Positions 1 to 11,100 of a stretch of DNA of 64,000 nt are shown piece by piece. The translations under genes and the position numbers were made by a program. Source of the DNA: Candidatus Collierbacteria bacterium GW2011_GWB2_45_17 (GTDB lineage Bacteria; Patescibacteriota; Microgenomatia; UBA1400; MFAQ01); assembly GCA_001001485.1 (NCBI GenBank), contig LCKO01000002.1, positions 47,567 to 111,566 on the forward strand, read 5' to 3'. Below the pieces are notes generated by a model. The model worked only from the letters and a program-made list of their open reading frames with translations, made no database searches and was not told the origin of the DNA. Numbering within the stretch: the first letter of the stretch is position 1; each line of letters starts with the position of its first letter.

Positions 1-2
1 TA

Positions 3-182
3 GCTACAAAAGGTCACATGGATACGAGTAATTTTATGCACAATGTGAATGTACCTCCGGCGGGTGTGTTGGCAGGTGGTCCTGAACAGTCAGATAAGGT
101 TATACAAGATGGTGATGAAATTGTAATTGAATCAAAATCAGACACGTCTTATCTGATGGGATACAGAATTGCGTACAAATAA
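3..182 (+). CDS. 3' end of a hypothetical protein (truncated by window edge)
   Basis: Open frame from base 3 (ATKGHMDTSNF...YRIAYK) ending in TAA at 180-182; not in the ORF track. Confidence 0.5.
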   Translation, partial: ATKGHMDTSNFMHNVNVPPAGVLAGGPEQSDKVIQDGDEIVIESKSDTSYLMGYRIAYK

Positions 183-194
183 TAGTCGTTTAGT

Positions 195-500
195 CTACTC
201 CTTGGGTTCGATTAAACTTTCCGCTAAAGGCTCAATAATTTTTTCTAATATTTCCTGATCTGAGAATGTTGATGCTAACGATTGAAGAATAGAAGTTCTT
301 TGTTCTTCATCTGTTTCTTCCCATGGATTAAATTTTAAATGTTTCTCAAGTTCTGTTATGGGGTCTATCTCTTTATGTTTTAAGTCTACATTTATGCATT
401 TCACATCGATAGCTCTTTCTTTTCCGATGAATGGTATGTCATCTTTGTTGACCACAAGGACTTCGTCTCCTAATTTTGCTACTGGATAAAGTTCGTTCAT
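195..500 (-). CDS. Small acidic hypothetical protein; possible partner/immunity protein of the upstream DUF3626-like gene
   Basis: 101-aa ORF starting 2 nt after the stop of 503..1666. Confidence 0.6.
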   Translation of the reverse strand: MNELYPVAKLGDEVLVVNKDDIPFIGKERAIDVKCINVDLKHKEIDPITELEKHLKFNPWEETDEEQRTSILQSLASTFSDQEILEKIIEPLAESLIEPKE

Positions 501-502
501 TT

Positions 503-1666
503 TTAATATTCAATTAATTTAATATCTGAGTCCGGATGTGCCTCTTTAAACTTATTATATATCCTTCGCACATCTTCGACCCCATCACGATCCAATCCGT
601 TTTTAGTAGATATGTATATAGCTTCGATGTCATCAATTCTCAGTTGCCCATGAAACTGGGCTTCAGTATAACTTGATCCCCAATTTGTTTTGCTTGTTCT
701 TTCAATTTTTTCTAAAACTCCATCCACAGAATAATCTTTGATTCGCATACTTACAAAGTGAGGTTTGGAAGCTGGTGTTGGAGGCCAGTTCATTTGTCCA
801 AGGCTATCTTGGAAGGTGAGTGTTGTTTTTTGCATGGCTCGTTCCCTCTTAACTTTAACAGTCACTTCACCATATTGAGTAACATCGTTACTTGGAGGAA
901 TAGTTCCTTCATCGTTTATAGCTCCGAATTCGTTATCGGAAAAATAGCCATAAATTGGTCTAAATTCATTACTGTTTTTAACAGCTTCCTCTGGAATATC
1001 TTCTTCACGATAAATTGAAGAATGATCAAAGCCATCTGGTTCGTTAAATCCAAACATTTGCATCTCTGCTTGTGCTCTATATCTTTGGTTAAGACATCCA
1101 TTGCTTCTATTTGTTTCAAACTGGCTTTTATATCTGCCGCTATCGTTTAGCACCTTATCAAGCACATCAACATGGGTTGCTCTAAAAAAATTAGACTCTC
1201 TTACAACTTGTTCTACTTTCTCTTGTAACTTTTGTTTAAAGAGTTCTACTGTAAGTCCTGCTGATTCCGCAGCTTGTTCATATATTTCTTGATGCTCTTT
1301 TTCTGAGTCAAGAATGTTTTTTCTCATTTTGGCTTTGATTTCTGGATTAGCCTCGATATTCAGTGCTTCCCATTCACGAAAATATTTTTCTGTTGCAGCC
1401 GAAGGGAACTCATTTTTGTCGTATGAGACTTCTGCGAAGGCTGTGGGTTCTTGTATTGTGGCTTCAGTTGTTTCAAATGCTTCGGCTTCTCCTGGTTCGG
1501 AAAGTGGTTTAGTTGTTGGTAGTTCTAAATCAACAGCACTTGAACTAGCCCCCCCCAATCTTGTTCGGAATCTGGAGAGAATATCAGCACCTACTTCTTT
1601 TATAGTTTTCTTTTTTGCTTCGAACCCTGGTGACATATCCATAAATGTTTCTGCCATACACCCCAT
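503..1666 (-). CDS. DUF3626-like domain protein (possible ADP-ribosyltransferase-like toxin)
   Basis: Motifs YKSQFETxxSNG, AExxMFG, RPIYGY, YGEVTV, TTLTFQDS, YTEAQFHG; AT-richer than flanks. Confidence 0.6.
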   Translation of the reverse strand: MGCMAETFMDMSPGFEAKKKTIKEVGADILSRFRTRLGGASSSAVDLELPTTKPLSEPGEAEAFETTEATIQEPTAFAEVSYDKNEFPSAATEKYFREWEALNIEANPEIKAKMRKNILDSEKEHQEIYEQAAESAGLTVELFKQKLQEKVEQVVRESNFFRATHVDVLDKVLNDSGRYKSQFETNRSNGCLNQRYRAQAEMQMFGFNEPDGFDHSSIYREEDIPEEAVKNSNEFRPIYGYFSDNEFGAINDEGTIPPSNDVTQYGEVTVKVKRERAMQKTTLTFQDSLGQMNWPPTPASKPHFVSMRIKDYSVDGVLEKIERTSKTNWGSSYTEAQFHGQLRIDDIEAIYISTKNGLDRDGVEDVRRIYNKFKEAHPDSDIKLIEY

Positions 1667-1704
1667 TATTGCGGTGATTTAGACAAGAGTCAATAACCGT
1701 AACC

Positions 1705-2790
1705 TTATACTACTCCCAGGCTCGGTTCCGGCCTCAAATCCAATTCTGAGCCTTCCGGCCGCAATATTGCCGCCGCACCTACCATGGCGGCATTATCTCC
1801 ACAATACTTTAATTCCGGAACGTAGAACTTTAAACCAGCATTTTCAACAGCAACTTTCAACAGCTCTCTCAGCATTTTATTCGCCGCCACTCCTCCAGCC
1901 AAAATTACATCTTTTGGCTTAAACTTCTCGACCGCGGCCATTGTTTTTTTGACCAATACTTCCGTCACCGCCTCGCTAAATTCCCTCGCCACCAAATTTG
2001 TATAACTAACAACTGTCATCTGAGAACTGTTATCTAAAATCTGAGATCTATTTTCCACCATTCTAGCCACCGCCGCCTTGATACCCGAGAAACTCATCTC
2101 CAATCCTGGATCATGAAGCAACGGTCTGGGTAACTTAAATTTGTTTTTATTTAGATTCCACTCTTCCTCGGTCACCTTACTCGCTGCTTTATCTACTTCT
2201 GGTCCACCAGGGTAGGGAAGACCAAGTAGTCGAGCTGTCTTGTCAAATGCTTCACCGGCCGCATCATCTCTCGTCCCTCCAATCCATGTCCATTTCAAAA
2301 GACTTTCCAAAAGAATCAAATCGGTGTGTCCACCACTTACCACCAGTCCCACCGCCGGCAGATGGGGAATATCGTAGAAATTTTCAATATCTTGAGTTCT
2401 TGAGTTCTTGAGTTCTTGAGTTTTTTCTCCAACTATCCAATTCGCCATCACATGTGCCGCCATGTGATTTACCTTAAGTAGTGGTTTTTTCCACGCCCAA
2501 GCCAGTACCTTGGCCGTCTCCACGCCTATCAGCAAACTTCCCATCAACCCCGGTCCGTAACTTACTGCCACCGCGTCTATTTCCTCGCCCTTGATAGCTT
2601 CGGTAATCACCGGAATGATACTTTTTATCTGCTCCCTCGCCGCCACCTCCGGAACGATACCACCATATTTCTTTTGCATCTCCACCGAACTGGCTACAAC
2701 ATTGCTGATCACTCTCACTCCGCCACCAAAACTCTCTACCACCGCCGCGGCCGTCTCGTCACATGTCGATTCAATAGCCAGTACCTTCAT
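1705..2790 (-). CDS. tsaD: tRNA N6-threonylcarbamoyladenosine synthesis protein TsaD
   Basis: LAIESTCDET, YGGIVPEVAAR, HMAAH, VSGGHT, DDAAGEAFDK, GGVAAN, DNAAMVG motifs. Confidence 0.97.
   Translation of the reverse strand: MKVLAIESTCDETAAAVVESFGGGVRVISNVVASSVEMQKKYGGIVPEVAAREQIKSIIPVITEAIKGEEIDAVAVSYGPGLMGSLLIGVETAKVLAWAWKKPLLKVNHMAAHVMANWIVGEKTQELKNSRTQDIENFYDIPHLPAVGLVVSGGHTDLILLESLLKWTWIGGTRDDAAGEAFDKTARLLGLPYPGGPEVDKAASKVTEEEWNLNKNKFKLPRPLLHDPGLEMSFSGIKAAVARMVENRSQILDNSSQMTVVSYTNLVAREFSEAVTEVLVKKTMAAVEKFKPKDVILAGGVAANKMLRELLKVAVENAGLKFYVPELKYCGDNAAMVGAAAILRPEGSELDLRPEPSLGVV
2390..2421. repeat. (TCTTGAGT)4 microsatellite inside tsaD
   Basis: Four perfect 8-nt units; encodes TQELKNSRTQ within an insertion. 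Confidence 0.9.
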
Positions 2791-4506
2791 CTAGTTTCCG
2801 GTACCCTTCAAATAAACCGCCTGCCAGGGTTGGTAGTTACTCACAAAAGTTTTTTCGTAAATACTTTCCCCATTTCTCTCTACTTTATAATCGAAAGCGA
2901 CCTTTGCCCCAAAGGCTGACCAATCTATCTGTTTGGTAGTTCCCGTCGGTAGCGTTGGGTCATCCACATATAGCATTGCCGGCGGGGAACTTTGATTTGA
3001 AATTCTCGATTTGGATATCGTTGAACTTCTTCCATCACTTGTTCCATAAATATTTACCTTCATTGACATCTTCTTCGTATCAACTTCTTCTTGAATCAGA
3101 ATATAGTTTCCTGTATCGTTCAAAAATTTCAGATCCGCAGTTGGATAAAAAACTGTGGCATCAATTCCTGGAGGACTATCTTGCTCGTAATAGCCCACTC
3201 TATACGAATGGGCTTTTCTCTCGGTGATTGGCAGTCCGGCATCCAGAGCAGCTCGGAAAGTAGTCGTCGATACCTGACAAACTCCTCCACCGTCACCCAA
3301 AACTGTCCGCCCTTGACTAATGACGTAGGCCGTCTGATAACCCGTTGTCCTCGTAATATCTCCCACAGACTTGACAAAGGAAAACTCTTCTCCCGGGGCA
3401 ACCAAAGTTCCGTTCACTCGCGAAGCCGCTAAATTAACATTAAAAACTCTACCGGGGATAGAGTGGAGGAAGGTCGATTTACCACTTCCGATCAACTCCT
3501 TAATTCCCAAATTATTAATATCTTCTGTTTTGATCTTGGGGTAAGTTAGAATCACCGGCACCTCTAGGTCTTTTTTTTCACCGGCCAACAAATACTCGGC
3601 CAGCTTCCGGTTAAACGCAGGAATGTCAATTCTGGCCCCTATCACCTCCGGTCTAAATTCATTCACCTTATTATTTTCAAAAACAAAGATCGCGTCTTTA
3701 GGCTCCGTTTCGATAAAAGGCTTAATCTCCTCAATCAGACTTTCTAAACTATTTTTTTCTAATACGTCACTAGCTAGACCAAAAAGACTCAGCATCTCCT
3801 CTTGTTTCAGAGTCCTGACGAACTCTCCAAAACGGAGAGTCAAATTATTCTGTCCCCATTTTTCCAAAGCCAACTTTGCCATAGTCAACCTGTCGCTATT
3901 TACGCTGACATCAATCGTGCTGATCGGGACAGTAATTTCATGTTTCCCGGGGAGGGACAAACCGGTCAATATCTCTCTGATCAAGTCATCTTTCTTGATC
4001 TCAACCCCATTTACTCCCTCAGATACAACTATTTTATTATCTGCCCTTGTAAGTCTAGGCCAGACCGGTTTCTGCTCTATTTTTTCTGAGATTTGCCCAA
4101 CGAGGTCGTTTAACTCACCGACATCCAGCTTTACGGGGATCTTAATTTCCGCGCCCTTAATCAAAGTTCTGATCTGCTCCGCCATCTGTGTCAGAATGTT
4201 TCCATTTCTACCCACACTCAACGCCTGATCCACGGCCCATACCGGATCTTGCTCAACCTTCAAACCCTCCAGCTTAGACACCTCTGTTCCCTCAGTCACC
4301 AATATAACCAAACTTGGGTTAGTCTCAAAATAAGTCTTCACCAATCTGAGGGCAGACTCTTTGTTCATACCGGTCACTTCGATGTTGGCAATTTTCACTC
4401 TTGGATAAACCAGTTTCCGAAAGGCCAATCTATAACTAGTGACGACCGCTAAAGCGAACAGAAACAGAAAAACGGAAAAACCCAGGATGTATTTAAATTT
4501 TGTCAT
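2791..4506 (-). CDS. VanW-family membrane-anchored protein with putative peptidoglycan-binding (YoaR-like) and G5-like regions
   Basis: N-terminal TM; GEEFSF, GGGVCQVSTT, HSYRVGYYE, GIDATV, DLKFLNDT motifs. Confidence 0.88.
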   Translation of the reverse strand: MTKFKYILGFSVFLFLFALAVVTSYRLAFRKLVYPRVKIANIEVTGMNKESALRLVKTYFETNPSLVILVTEGTEVSKLEGLKVEQDPVWAVDQALSVGRNGNILTQMAEQIRTLIKGAEIKIPVKLDVGELNDLVGQISEKIEQKPVWPRLTRADNKIVVSEGVNGVEIKKDDLIREILTGLSLPGKHEITVPISTIDVSVNSDRLTMAKLALEKWGQNNLTLRFGEFVRTLKQEEMLSLFGLASDVLEKNSLESLIEEIKPFIETEPKDAIFVFENNKVNEFRPEVIGARIDIPAFNRKLAEYLLAGEKKDLEVPVILTYPKIKTEDINNLGIKELIGSGKSTFLHSIPGRVFNVNLAASRVNGTLVAPGEEFSFVKSVGDITRTTGYQTAYVISQGRTVLGDGGGVCQVSTTTFRAALDAGLPITERKAHSYRVGYYEQDSPPGIDATVFYPTADLKFLNDTGNYILIQEEVDTKKMSMKVNIYGTSDGRSSTISKSRISNQSSPPAMLYVDDPTLPTGTTKQIDWSAFGAKVAFDYKVERNGESIYEKTFVSNYQPWQAVYLKGTGN

Positions 4507-4532
4507 TCTTGATATACTTTATCTGTAAACCT

Positions 4533-6026
4533 ATGGATAATCAATTTTCTTTGCCTGGCCCAATACCTAACGTTCCGGAACCGGCTCTGATGCCCAAACC
4601 AGCTCCTCTGTCAAGTCCGGAAGAAGCCGCTCCTCCTCCGCCAGGATACCAACCTCCGGCCTCCGCCCCCCCGATAATCAAAAGCTCACTCAGAAAACTG
4701 CTCCTTCCGATTGGCATTGGCCTACTCGTAGTCGGCTTGGTCTCTTATCTTCTGTTTCGTTTGTTTGTCGGCAACAAAGCCGCTCCTCCTCAATCGGCTG
4801 TGCCTTCCAAACCGGTTACTCTGATTTACTATGGTTTATGGGAGCCTAGTTCGGTTATGAAACCGGTCATTGACGCCTTTGAGGCTAAAAATCCCAAAAT
4901 TAAAATTGATTATCAACTCCAGGCACCTCAAGATTACCAAGATCGTGTTAAAACAGCTTTAGAAAGCCCAGGTTCCCCGGACGTAATTCGTTTACACACT
5001 ACCTGGTTGCCTCTTTTTGCCGCCAACCTTCTTCCGGCTCCACCCAACACTCTTTCCGTCACCGAGCTAACCACTAATTTTTATCCCATCGTTAGCAAGT
5101 TGCTGGTCGCCAACAACCAAGTTTACGGCGCCCCCATGACGGCCGAAAGTCTTGGTTTATATATCAACTCAGCCATGCTTCAACAAAAACAACTCCAACC
5201 ACCCAAAACCTGGGAGGACCTGTTGACTGTTGCTAAAGCCATCAAAGAAGCAGATCCATTGACGGGTAAATTAACTCGCGCCGGAGTGGCTCTTGGAAAC
5301 ACCACCAATGTCGAGTACTGGCCGGACATTGTCTCGATGATGCTACTCCAATCCGGTGTTTCCTTGACCGATATTCAAGGTAAGGAAGTGGCTATTACTC
5401 TTACTTACTACACCGACTTTATCACCAAACATGCTGTTTGGGATCAAACCATGCCTCCATCAGTTGTTGCCTTTGCCAATGAAAAAGTGGCCATGATCAT
5501 CGCTCCAAGCTGGATTGCCAAAGACATCAAAGCCATCAACCCCTCACTTTCTTGGCAAGTTGTTGCTGTTCCTCAGTTACCCGACATTGATCCGGTAAAC
5601 TGGGCCTCTATTTGGTTCGAGGGTGTATCCAAAACCAGTAAATATCCCTTAGAATCATGGAAATTTGTCAGCTTCCTTGCTTCTGCAGAGGCTCAGCAAA
5701 TACTTTTCGATGCCGCCTCCATAGACCGAGGTTTTCCTCAACCCCCGGCCAACAAAGCGGTTGCCCAGACCGCAAGCAAAAATGCCGTTCTGGCTCCTTT
5801 TATTGCTGGACTCTCCACTGCCAAGAGTTTTTATACCGCCTCCATGACCCAAGACTCCAAAACGGCTCTGAACTACCGTCTCATAAAATACTTGGAAGAT
5901 GCTATCAACGGGATTATTTCCCGACAAGAAACTCCCAAAGTGGTTGAAGCTCTTCGTAATGGTTTCACTCAAGTTCTTTCTCAGTACGGACTGGTGGCGG
6001 CACCCACCCCCACACCCACTCCTTAA
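4533..6026 (+). CDS. Extracellular solute-binding protein, sugar ABC family 1 type, with Pro-rich N-terminus and TM anchor
   Basis: YGLWE, PDVIRLH, PKTWEDL, FANEKVAM motifs; ATG 4533 preferred over the ORF-track start at 4500. Confidence 0.85.
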   Translation: MDNQFSLPGPIPNVPEPALMPKPAPLSSPEEAAPPPPGYQPPASAPPIIKSSLRKLLLPIGIGLLVVGLVSYLLFRLFVGNKAAPPQSAVPSKPVTLIYYGLWEPSSVMKPVIDAFEAKNPKIKIDYQLQAPQDYQDRVKTALESPGSPDVIRLHTTWLPLFAANLLPAPPNTLSVTELTTNFYPIVSKLLVANNQVYGAPMTAESLGLYINSAMLQQKQLQPPKTWEDLLTVAKAIKEADPLTGKLTRAGVALGNTTNVEYWPDIVSMMLLQSGVSLTDIQGKEVAITLTYYTDFITKHAVWDQTMPPSVVAFANEKVAMIIAPSWIAKDIKAINPSLSWQVVAVPQLPDIDPVNWASIWFEGVSKTSKYPLESWKFVSFLASAEAQQILFDAASIDRGFPQPPANKAVAQTASKNAVLAPFIAGLSTAKSFYTASMTQDSKTALNYRLIKYLEDAINGIISRQETPKVVEALRNGFTQVLSQYGLVAAPTPTPTP

Positions 6027-6028
6027 AT

Positions 6029-6868
6029 ATGGATCTGGCTCGAGCGGTGTCTGCTACCATTTCCTACGCCAACTACTTTAACTTTCCTCTCTTCCCTAAA
6101 GAAATACATCACTGGTTAATTCACTCTCGTCCCGTGTCTAAGAATGTACTCAAACCATATCTGACAGAAAAAATGTCAGTCGTTAATCGTCGTTACCGTT
6201 TACAAACCAACAAGTTCGCCAAACAAAAAATTCTTCACGCCCAAAAATTAATCGGCTTATTAAAACATTTTCCAGGACTGAGACTCATAGCTCTCACCGG
6301 CTCGGTTGCGGCCAGAAACGCTAAAAAAGATGATGACATCGACCTATTTTTCATTACCACCCCCCACGCACTTTGGCTGGTTCGACCTTTGGTGATCTGT
6401 ATCCTCACCATTTTTTTTCGCCGGCGTCATCCCTTGGAAGATCCTGCTCACGCTCCCAATGCCTTCTGCCCCAATTTCTGGCTCGATACTCTATCTCTTA
6501 CTATCGATGACTCGAAACAATCTCTTTTTACCGCTCACGAAGTTCTGCAAATAATACCTTTACTGGATAGGGGAGATACCTATCAATCTTTTTTGAAAGC
6601 CAACGCCTGGACCAAAAAATACCTCGCCAACGCTTACCTCGCATCTATATCAATCTCTTCTGTAGGGGCGAATCATGATTCGCCCGCAACTATCCCCGTT
6701 TCCCTCCTCCTCGCCCCCCTTAACTTGATTTTTTTCCTTTTTCAGTTTTTGTATATGCTCCCCAAAAAAACCACCGAAACTGTCAATCTTCATGTCGCTC
6801 ATCTCCACACCACCGACTATTCGAGTCAACTAGACGCTTATCTGATCCGGGATCCATCCGGAAACTAG
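6029..6868 (+). CDS. Pol-beta-type nucleotidyltransferase-domain protein
   Basis: TGSVAxxNAxxxDDIDLF motif. Confidence 0.7.
   Translation: MDLARAVSATISYANYFNFPLFPKEIHHWLIHSRPVSKNVLKPYLTEKMSVVNRRYRLQTNKFAKQKILHAQKLIGLLKHFPGLRLIALTGSVAARNAKKDDDIDLFFITTPHALWLVRPLVICILTIFFRRRHPLEDPAHAPNAFCPNFWLDTLSLTIDDSKQSLFTAHEVLQIIPLLDRGDTYQSFLKANAWTKKYLANAYLASISISSVGANHDSPATIPVSLLLAPLNLIFFLFQFLYMLPKKTTETVNLHVAHLHTTDYSSQLDAYLIRDPSGN
6661..6685 (+). repeat. GTAG-tagged palindrome (REP-like), in frame in CDS
   Basis: TGTAG-GGGCGAATCATGATTCGCCC perfect palindrome, encodes VGANHDSP. Confidence 0.8.
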
Positions 6869-6886
6869 CTATATAATCAATTATCC

Positions 6887-7600
6887 ATGGATTTTTTTAC
6901 TCTCTACATTTACCAACCCTTTTTTAATATCTTAGTTGGACTTTACTGGTTGGTCGGACAAGTACTCGCTCGTCCCGACATGGGCATTGCTGTCATCCTC
7001 TTCGCCGTTGCCATTCGGATTATTCTTCTCCCGTTTGACCTCATTGGTGAACAGTCTGACGAAGACAAATTCCAGGTTTCTCAAAAAGTCAAACAAATCA
7101 AAAAAGAGTTTTCGGCCGACCCTGTCCGCCAAAAAGAAGCCATTCGCAGTCTCATGCGCCAAAGTCCCAAGGCTATCTTTTCCGAGGTCTTCACTATTAC
7201 CATTCAAGTTTTAATTATTTTGATCCTTTATCGCATTTTTACCACCGGCCTGGAAGGCGCCGACATGCATCTACTTTATCCGTTTATGCCATCGGTTCGT
7301 CAGCCGATCAGTCTCATTTTCATGGGGAAGTACGATCTCTCACACACCAACAGCACTCTTAACCTAATTCAATCTCTGATGATCGCCTTAGGCGAGATTG
7401 TTCATCTTTATTTTGCTCCGGTTAAGCCCACCAAAAAAGATTTGGTTTCCTTGGTAATTTTTCTACCTGTATTCAGCTTTCTAATCTTCATGTTCCTACC
7501 GGCCGGAAAAAAGGTTTTTATTATCACCTCCATCGCTTTCGGTATCGTTCTTAAGATCATTAAGCAAATTCATTATCTAACCTACGAAAAGAGGATATAA
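6887..7600 (+). CDS. yidC: Membrane protein insertase, YidC/Oxa1 family (short form)
   Basis: YQPFFNIL, MGIAVILFAVAIRIILLP, coiled segment and several TMs. Confidence 0.8.
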   Translation: MDFFTLYIYQPFFNILVGLYWLVGQVLARPDMGIAVILFAVAIRIILLPFDLIGEQSDEDKFQVSQKVKQIKKEFSADPVRQKEAIRSLMRQSPKAIFSEVFTITIQVLIILILYRIFTTGLEGADMHLLYPFMPSVRQPISLIFMGKYDLSHTNSTLNLIQSLMIALGEIVHLYFAPVKPTKKDLVSLVIFLPVFSFLIFMFLPAGKKVFIITSIAFGIVLKIIKQIHYLTYEKRI

Positions 7601-7611
7601 TAACCCAAGCT

Positions 7612-8169
7612 ATGGCTGATTTTGATAAATTGGTAGTTTCCTTTCTCGTCGATGAAGTCGTTGGAGGCTTCTTTATCTCCGTCCCACCCGGACACGTTGC
7701 CTGTGTCTATGATCGTGGAGCAGGCGTCCTTAAACGCGTTTGGGGTCCAGGTCTCCATCTCAAAATTCCTTTTTGGCAGATAGCCAAGTTGTTCAACGCT
7801 CAAGTTCTGGAATACACCATCAGGCACGGATTTGATCTTTCTATCAAAGAAGTTCTTGGAGACGAACCGGTTATTGCCACCACCAAAGACAACCAGACCG
7901 TTTCTATCGAAGGTTCCATCCTTTTCCGACTTGACAAAGCCAACGCCCCTCTTCTTTGGGAGAACATCGGTGACAACTTCATCTCCAAAGTTATCCGTCC
8001 TTACTCCAGAAGTCGGATCGCCTCGGCTTTTAGCCAGTTTGACTCCAAAGAAATCGGCGTCGAGCGTTCTAAAATTGAAACTTTCCTCAAGAACGAACTC
8101 AACGAACTTTTCCGGGACAAAGCTCTGATTATCGAGAATGTGCTTTTTTCGGAAGTAAAAAAGGTTTAG
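7612..8169 (+). CDS. SPFH/Band 7/prohibitin-family protein
   Basis: VPPGHV, GPGLHLKIPFWQ, TKDNQTV motifs. Confidence 0.85.
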   Translation: MADFDKLVVSFLVDEVVGGFFISVPPGHVACVYDRGAGVLKRVWGPGLHLKIPFWQIAKLFNAQVLEYTIRHGFDLSIKEVLGDEPVIATTKDNQTVSIEGSILFRLDKANAPLLWENIGDNFISKVIRPYSRSRIASAFSQFDSKEIGVERSKIETFLKNELNELFRDKALIIENVLFSEVKKV

Positions 8170-8189
8170 TTTTTTTATATACTTAATCT

Positions 8190-11100
8190 ATGGCTGCCCC
8201 CAAATACTCTGTTTTACAGATTCGTCCCGCCAAAGACTCTCTTACCGGTCAGGCCGCCTTTATTGAATTTCTATCTTCCCTCAGAACTGCCCTAAAAGCC
8301 GGTTTTGTGGATCGACTTCTGGGGACTTTCGACACTATCTGTCTGGAAATAGTTAACCTAAACCAAACCACCTACTACATTCTTTCCTGTCCTGAACGTT
8401 TGGAACATCTGGTCCGTGCCCAAATCGCGGCTCAGTACCCAACGGCTTTGATCACGCCCATGACCGATTATCTATCCGACTGGCTGAGTCACGGACAGAC
8501 TTCTTTGGGTCAACTGGTTCTTACCGGACCATCTCATCTTTCCTTGAACAACACTTTGGACGACAAGGTCGACCAGATGGCTTCGATTCTAGGCAGTCTC
8601 GCTCGAATTCCGGCTGGACAAGCCGGAATTATCCAAATCTGTCTTTTTGCCGGACCCAAGAACTGGCAAAAAGCTGTCCGTTCTAGCCTTGAAATTGTTA
8701 CTCCGGCTACGGCTACCGATCCGGCCAAAAGTAAACCCAGTCCCTATAAAGCCATTATCGAAAAGAAACTAGCCTACCCTGCCTACGCTTGTGATATCCG
8801 CTTGGCCGCTATCACTCCAAATTTACACACCTCCATCCAGCTTTTGACACAGCTTGCCGCCGCTTTTGGCACCTATGCTCTTTCGGAAGGGAACAGTCTT
8901 GCTTTAAAAATTCCCAAATCTGCCGGATCTCTCGAAAAACTTCGTCGCATGATGATCGATCGTTCAGCCAAATACTCAAACCAATATCAGTACTTAAACT
9001 ATGGCGAGATAACCGCCATGTTTCACTTACCCGGTGTTTTATTGGCTCCCATCAAGGGAATTGCTTGGGGTAAGACCCTCAAGGGCGAAGCCCCGACCAA
9101 CTTGCCGGTCAACGAGGGTATCACGGCGAGCGAACAAAAACTTTATAATTTTTTCGCCGTCACCGAATACAAAAATCACTTAGCCGTCTTTGGTATGAAG
9201 AAGGGGATTGATCGTTTGCGACATACCTACATTCTAGGAAAGTCAGGTACCGGTAAATCTACCTTAATTGGCCATATGGCTATTAATGACATCCAACATG
9301 GAGAAGGGGTGGCTTTTGTAGATCCACACGGCGATGCCGCCGAAATTCTCTTAGACTATATTCCTGAAAGTCGTATTAATGATGTTGCTTATCTCGACCC
9401 GTCAGTTCCAGGAAAATCATTCTGGATGAATCCGCTTTTTGTCAAAACTCCGGCCCATGGGGAGATGGTCGCCTCGAGCATTGTTTCTATTTTTAGCAAA
9501 CTTTATGGTAATTCCTGGGGACCCCGTCTGGAATACATTCTCAGAAATACTTTATTGACCTTAGTTTACAAACCGGAAACCACCCTCGCCGATGTTCCCC
9601 GCATTCTTACCAATAAAGATTTTCGGGAGAAAGAATGCCTCATTCACGTCACCGATCCTGTCCTCATTAATTTCTGGCGGGATGAATACGACAAATACTC
9701 GGAAAAATTCCAGACCGAAGCTATCGCTCCTATTCTAAACAAAGTTGGTCAGTTTATTACCTCTCCGACTATCCGAGACATTATTAATCATCCCAAGAGT
9801 ACTGTCGATTTTGAGGCAATGATGAACGCCGGGAAAATTATTATTCTCAACCTTCCTCAAGGTAAAATCGGCGAAGACAACGCCGCCTTGCTTGGTGCTA
9901 TGTTCATTTCTCAAATTCAAATCGCGGCCATGAACCGAGCCAACATCAAAGAAGAAGATCGTCGTGAGTTTTTTCTCTATGTTGATGAATTTCAAAACTT
10001 TGCCACCAGCTCCTTTGTCAAAATTCTGTCCGAGGCTCGTAAATACAAACTTGGCTTAATTCTCGCCAATCAATATATTGCCCAACTGCCGGAAGACATC
10101 CAAAACGCGATTTTTGGTAACGTTGGTACCGTCATGAGTTACGTTATCGGGGCCTCCGACGCCGACCGCATCGTGAAGGAATTAAACAATCTCTATACCG
10201 CCGACGACCTTGTTGGACTGGCTAAGTACCAATTGGCTATGAAAATGTCTGTCGATTCCCAAGTCACCCAACCTTTCTCTGCCAACGCACTACCTCTGCC
10301 GGATACCTACATGCACACCAAGGAAAGGGTCTTAGAGGCGACTTACGCCAAATATTATCGCGAAACCAAACCGATGGACATGTCTCAAATCACTGCCCTA
10401 ATGACACCCCCTGCCAAGCGCTTCACCGAGCCGGCCTACGCCCCCAAAGCACTGAGGGAACCTTCAGCGATTGTTTCTCTTGAGGGCCAGGCCTTAGAGA
10501 ATCCTCAATCTGCAAGGCCTGGCCCTGCAGGTAAATCATCATTTCCGTCAAAGGCACCTTACGTGCCTCAGCTTCCCCCAATCATCCCCCGCACCCAACC
10601 CAACCCCTTCAAAATTCCTCCCTCCGGTAAATCTGTCATTCCGAGCAGAGTCGAGAGCGAAGCGCGGCAATCTATTCCCCAGGGCCAGGCCTTAGAGAAT
10701 CCTCAATCTGCAAGGCCTGGCCCTGCAGGTCTCTCTGACCCCTCCCTCGCCGACCTCGATGCTCTTCGCAAAGAAGGTCTCCGCCCCAGTATTGTCGGCT
10801 GTTTTCTAAACGATAAAAAAATTCTTCTGGCCTATCAAAAGTCTTTCAATCAATGGCTTTTGCCTCAGGGGGGAGTGGAAAACAAACAGAATATTAAAGA
10901 TGCCTTTTTTAAGGAACTTGCCGAAGAAGTCACCGACGACTTTCTCAAAACCTGCGACACCGACATTCAATTGGTCGCAGTTGATAAAATCGAATTTCCT
11001 CCCAGCAAGCAAGGTCTTCGCGACATGTCCACCGATTCGGGTGAACCCGTGGTGATGAAAGGCAAGTACTATTATTTTTTTGTGGCCAACTCCAAAAAAA

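Noticed and set aside
2791-4506. Vancomycin-resistance locus
   Set aside because: A VanW domain alone is widespread; no vanH/A/X/R/S genes nearby
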